A stretch of DNA of 64,000 nucleotides. Origin: an uncultured cyanobacterium. Its GTDB lineage: Bacteria; Cyanobacteriota; Cyanobacteriia; Cyanobacteriales; Nostocaceae. How positions within the stretch are numbered: the first letter of the stretch is position 1; every line of letters starts with the position of its first letter. The DNA lies in assembly GCA_963706595.1 (NCBI GenBank), contig OY970166.1, positions 3,072,001 to 3,136,000 of the forward strand, in the 5' to 3' direction. The notes beneath the pieces were generated by a model. That model worked only from the letters and a program-made list of their open reading frames with translations, was not told the origin of the DNA and searched no databases. Both the position numbers and the translations under genes were made by a program. Below are positions 60,735-64,000 of this stretch, piece after piece.

Positions 60735-61616
60735 CTAACCGTGAAAACCGGATGTAGGTAATCCAGCCACCTCAGTTTTGAAAGCAAACAAATCACCAGA
60801 ATAGAAACTTTTGTCAATTTCCGGTTGCTGGAGTCCCACAGAAGCCGTAGTAATATAAAGTGTTCGCAAATCTTCACCTCCAAAAGTGCAACTAGTCACT
60901 AGTGGTACAGGTAATTGGATTCTGAATACTTCGTCACCAGTGGGGCTAAAACGAATCACACACCAACCATTCCACATAGCTGACCAAATGTAGCCTTCGC
61001 TATCTATCGTCAACCCATCAGGATGGAAGGATTCATGAGTTAAATCAACTACAACCCGGCGATTACTAATATTACCTGTATCCGAGTCGAAATCGTAAGC
61101 GTAGATTTTTTGTTGCGGCGAATCAGTCAAATAAAAGGTTTTTTGATCAGGACTCCAACCCAAACCGTTAGAAATAGTTAGTCCTGTTTCCATGACGTGT
61201 AGTGAACCATCATGGTCATATCGGTATAGACTGGCTTGATTTGCTTCTGAGGACATGGAACCAATCCAAAAGCGTCCTTGAGGGTCGCATTTACCGTCAT
61301 TAAGGCGGTTCTTTTGTCTGTCAGGTTCAATTTCGATAATGGTGTTAACTAAGCCTGTCTGAGTGTCGAGAAATGCCAATTGATGGCGTAATGCAATGAT
61401 TAATTGATTATCCCCGGCTGGTGATATCGCACCAACCAAGTCTCCCACATCAAAATACTCATCTTTGCCCGTAGCCGGATAGAATCTATGCACTCGATGG
61501 TTAAAAATATCCACCCAGTACAGCAACTCCTGGGTAGAATCCCAGATGGGTCCTTCAGCTAACCGGGCGCGGACTTCTAAAACGTTATAGAGAGAATCTG
61601 GCAATAATTCAGTCAT
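60735..61616 (-). CDS. SMP-30/gluconolactonase/LRE family protein
   Basis: LAEGP.W, RLNDGKCD, NGLGWSPD, PDGLTID. Confidence 0.9.
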   Translation of the reverse strand: MTELLPDSLYNVLEVRARLAEGPIWDSTQELLYWVDIFNHRVHRFYPATGKDEYFDVGDLVGAISPAGDNQLIIALRHQLAFLDTQTGLVNTIIEIEPDRQKNRLNDGKCDPQGRFWIGSMSSEANQASLYRYDHDGSLHVMETGLTISNGLGWSPDQKTFYLTDSPQQKIYAYDFDSDTGNISNRRVVVDLTHESFHPDGLTIDSEGYIWSAMWNGWCVIRFSPTGDEVFRIQLPVPLVTSCTFGGEDLRTLYITTASVGLQQPEIDKSFYSGDLFAFKTEVAGLPTSGFHG

Positions 61617-61700
61617 AGGTGATTCTGATTATGGCTACGTTTGTATAATGCTAATAAAAATCGGCTTTCCATGCCAGTAGAACACGGAAAGCCAGGCATT

Positions 61701-62639
61701 TTAGACGGCTTGTAAAATCTCTTCATCCATAGAGAAATCAACTTCAGCTTGATCTCGCCCAGTTTGTAGATAATCGTTTTCGAGGGAATCAGCCAACCCG
61801 GAAATTAAATCATATTCAGGTTTCCACGCTAATTCTGTCATAGCTTTGTTCACCGAGGCGAAGAAATGCTGCACTCGCATGGGAAAAGCTTTGCGCTTGC
61901 CAAAATCGAATTTTTTGGGGTCGTAATGCACAATTTTTACTGCATCCGGTGATTTACCAGCCGCGATCGCACAAGCACGGGCTAAACCATCGAAAGTCAC
62001 ATAGCGATCGCCTGAAATATTATAAATTTGTCTGATGGCTTGTGAATTGCCGATTACCTGTGTCATGGCTTGGGCTAAATCTTTGACATGACCTAACTGG
62101 GTAATATGCGAACCATTCCCAGGAATCGGTATGGGGCGATCGCGCACGATTCTATCAAAAAACCAGCTTTCCAAATCATTATAATTTTGCGGTCCGTAAA
62201 TGTACGTGGGGCGAATGGAAGTAAACGGTAAATTCTGCTGCATCAAATAAGCTTCGGTTTCATGCTTACCCCGGTGACGACTTTTCGGATCGACTGCATC
62301 GCCTTCGATGTGCGGTAATTGGTCAGATTTGAGATACACCCCCGCAGAACTCATATAGACAAAATGTTGCACTTGGTCTTGAAAAATTTCTGCTAATGGT
62401 TGAGTATCAGTGAGTTCGCGGCCATTATTATCAAAAACGACATCAAACTTTTCTGATGATAATTTTTCCTTTAATTGAGAGGCGTTAGTGCGATCGCCTA
62501 TAATTTGTCCTACCCCTGGTAAAGAAGGCACAGGACGATTACCCCGATTGAAAAGTACCACTTCATGTCCTTGTTCAACCAGCAGTTGAGTCAGGTAAAC
62601 ACCAATGAACCTAGTACCACCCATGATCAAAATTCGCAT
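61701..62639 (-). CDS. NAD-dependent epimerase/dehydratase family, CSP41b-like RNA-binding protein
   Basis: GGTRFIG, DNNGRE, SSAGVY, RPTYIYGP, KAFPMR.QHFF. Confidence 0.85.
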   Translation of the reverse strand: MRILIMGGTRFIGVYLTQLLVEQGHEVVLFNRGNRPVPSLPGVGQIIGDRTNASQLKEKLSSEKFDVVFDNNGRELTDTQPLAEIFQDQVQHFVYMSSAGVYLKSDQLPHIEGDAVDPKSRHRGKHETEAYLMQQNLPFTSIRPTYIYGPQNYNDLESWFFDRIVRDRPIPIPGNGSHITQLGHVKDLAQAMTQVIGNSQAIRQIYNISGDRYVTFDGLARACAIAAGKSPDAVKIVHYDPKKFDFGKRKAFPMRVQHFFASVNKAMTELAWKPEYDLISGLADSLENDYLQTGRDQAEVDFSMDEEILQAV

Positions 62640-62713
62640 AAATTCCCGGTTTTTAGCTTTTACGTCTTGTCAAGAGAGTCAGGAGTACAGGCTAGAGGAT
62701 AAAGGATAAAGGA

Positions 62714-62871
62714 TTCCCATTCCCCACTCCCCACTCCCCACTCCCCACTCCCCATTCCCCATTTCCCACTCCCCACTCCCCATTCCCCACTCCCCACTCC
62801 CCATTCCCCATTCCCCACTCCCCATTTCCCACTCCCCATTTCCCACTCCCCATTCCCCATTCCCCACTCCC
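62714..62871. repeat. Long mixed STRR array (CCCCACT/CCCCATT/CCCATTT)
   Basis: About 22 heptamer units in the divergent intergenic region. Confidence 0.92.
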
Positions 62872-63029
62872 TAATTTGAGATTATCAGGTTGCAGTATCC
62901 ATCTGGAAACTCTTTTAAGCAAATTACGTCCTATACTGAATCTGGTGCAAGTCCAATATCTTGTTCGCAAAAAAACTCTTCAGTTAACTCCGTAAATTGC
63001 AAAGTTTTTTCCATCTATAAAAGTTAGCT

Positions 63030-64000
63030 GTGTCCTTGAAATACGCTTTGGTTCATGAGTGGCTGACACCGAAAGCCACAGGCGGTTCAGAACTAGTTGT
63101 GCAGGAAATTCTGAATCATATTGATGCCAATTTATACGCTCTCATTGATTTTGAATCCACCAATTCTGAAAGTTATTTATACAAACGTCAGATTAGCACA
63201 ACCTTTCTCCAGCACTGGCCTTATGCTCGTAACGGGGTGCAAAAATATCTGCCTTTGTTGCCATTAGCGATTGAACAATTGGAATTACGTCAGTATGACG
63301 TAATTCTATCCTCATCTCATGCTGTCGCCAAAGGAATTCTCACAACCCCCGATCAGTTACACATTTGTTATTGCCATACCCCCATGCGATATGCTTGGGA
63401 CTTAACTTTTGATTATCTCCGCGAAAGTAATTTGGGTCATGGTTTAGCCGGATGGGTAACTCGATATTTATTGCATCGTTTGCGCCAGTGGGATGTATTG
63501 AGTGCCAATCGCGTTGATTACTTCATCGCTAATTCGCAGCACACAGCTCGTCGCATTTGGCGTTGCTATCGTCGAGAAGCAACCGTGATTTATCCCCCAG
63601 TCGATATTGATAATTGTCTATTTTTAGGACAAAAATCAGATTTTTATCTCGTAGTTTCCCGGTTAGTCAGCTATAAGCACGTATCTTTAATTGTCAAAGC
63701 TTTTAATCACCTAAAACTACCATTGGTAATTATTGGTACAGGTCCAGAGATGAAGAAAATTCGCGATCTAGCTAACTCTAATATCCAAATAATGGGATGG
63801 CAACCTGATGATGTGGTGAAAAAATATATGGCTAGAGCTAAGGCATTTGTCTATGCAGCTTGTGAAGATTTTGGCATTGCTTTAGTCGAAGCACAAGCTT
63901 GTGGGACTCCAGTAATTGCCTACGGGGCTGGCGGTGCTTTAGAAAGTGTGCGCGATTTGCGGTCTTATATAGATACAGCCACGGGCATATTTTTCTCAAA
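63030..64000 (+). CDS. Glycosyltransferase family 4 (3'-truncated by window)
   Basis: GTG start, KYALVHEWL...GGSE.V; HTPMRYAWD; EDFGIALVEAQACGTPVIA; absent from the ORF track because there is no stop in the window. Confidence 0.9.
   Translation, partial: MSLKYALVHEWLTPKATGGSELVVQEILNHIDANLYALIDFESTNSESYLYKRQISTTFLQHWPYARNGVQKYLPLLPLAIEQLELRQYDVILSSSHAVAKGILTTPDQLHICYCHTPMRYAWDLTFDYLRESNLGHGLAGWVTRYLLHRLRQWDVLSANRVDYFIANSQHTARRIWRCYRREATVIYPPVDIDNCLFLGQKSDFYLVVSRLVSYKHVSLIVKAFNHLKLPLVIIGTGPEMKKIRDLANSNIQIMGWQPDDVVKKYMARAKAFVYAACEDFGIALVEAQACGTPVIAYGAGGALESVRDLRSYIDTATGIFFS

Noticed and set aside
62660..62970. ORFs with GSGEWGV/GNGEW repeats (also 3784-3990 and 48560-48930)
   Set aside because: Translation artefacts of STRR heptamer arrays

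Overview
Chromosomal window from a heterocyst-forming cyanobacterium (Nostocales, Nostoc/Anabaena-like). Evidence: frequent HIP1 octamers (GCGATCGC), heptameric STRR arrays, hepC/hepA, xisH/xisI, psbQ and ntcB-cnaT. Bases 1-19.6 kb are the heterocyst envelope polysaccharide (HEP) island: rfbG, rfbC, an oxidoreductase, glycosyltransferases, wzc, hepC, hepA and a Wzy/O-antigen-ligase-like gene. The rest mixes housekeeping genes (cysH, AGE, dps, pirin, psbQ, hemJ, ntcB, cnaT, panD, ppa, aspA, pgsA, rfbB) with accessory genes: two NACHT/STAND proteins, an internalin-like LRR protein, and Uma2, DUF29 and GUN4 proteins. Best leads: (1) an AT-rich block at 50.2-54.1 kb, where I saw no HIP1, encoding an ATPase-PD-(D/E)XK nuclease fusion plus a coupled ABC-ATPase/TOPRIM pair (candidate anti-phage locus); (2) an orphan TnpB omega-RNA-like structured RNA with an IS200/IS605-type right end between ntcB and cnaT, whose putative guide is interrupted by a MITE with a 10-bp TSD; (3) HEAT and LRR arrays that are near-identical in DNA but vary at a few codons; (4) seven single-base frameshifts clustering at GGCC, AGCT and AGTACT motifs, probably sequencing artefacts. 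No rRNA, tRNA, CRISPR array or reverse transcriptase was seen. All calls come from motif recognition by eye; no database search was run.
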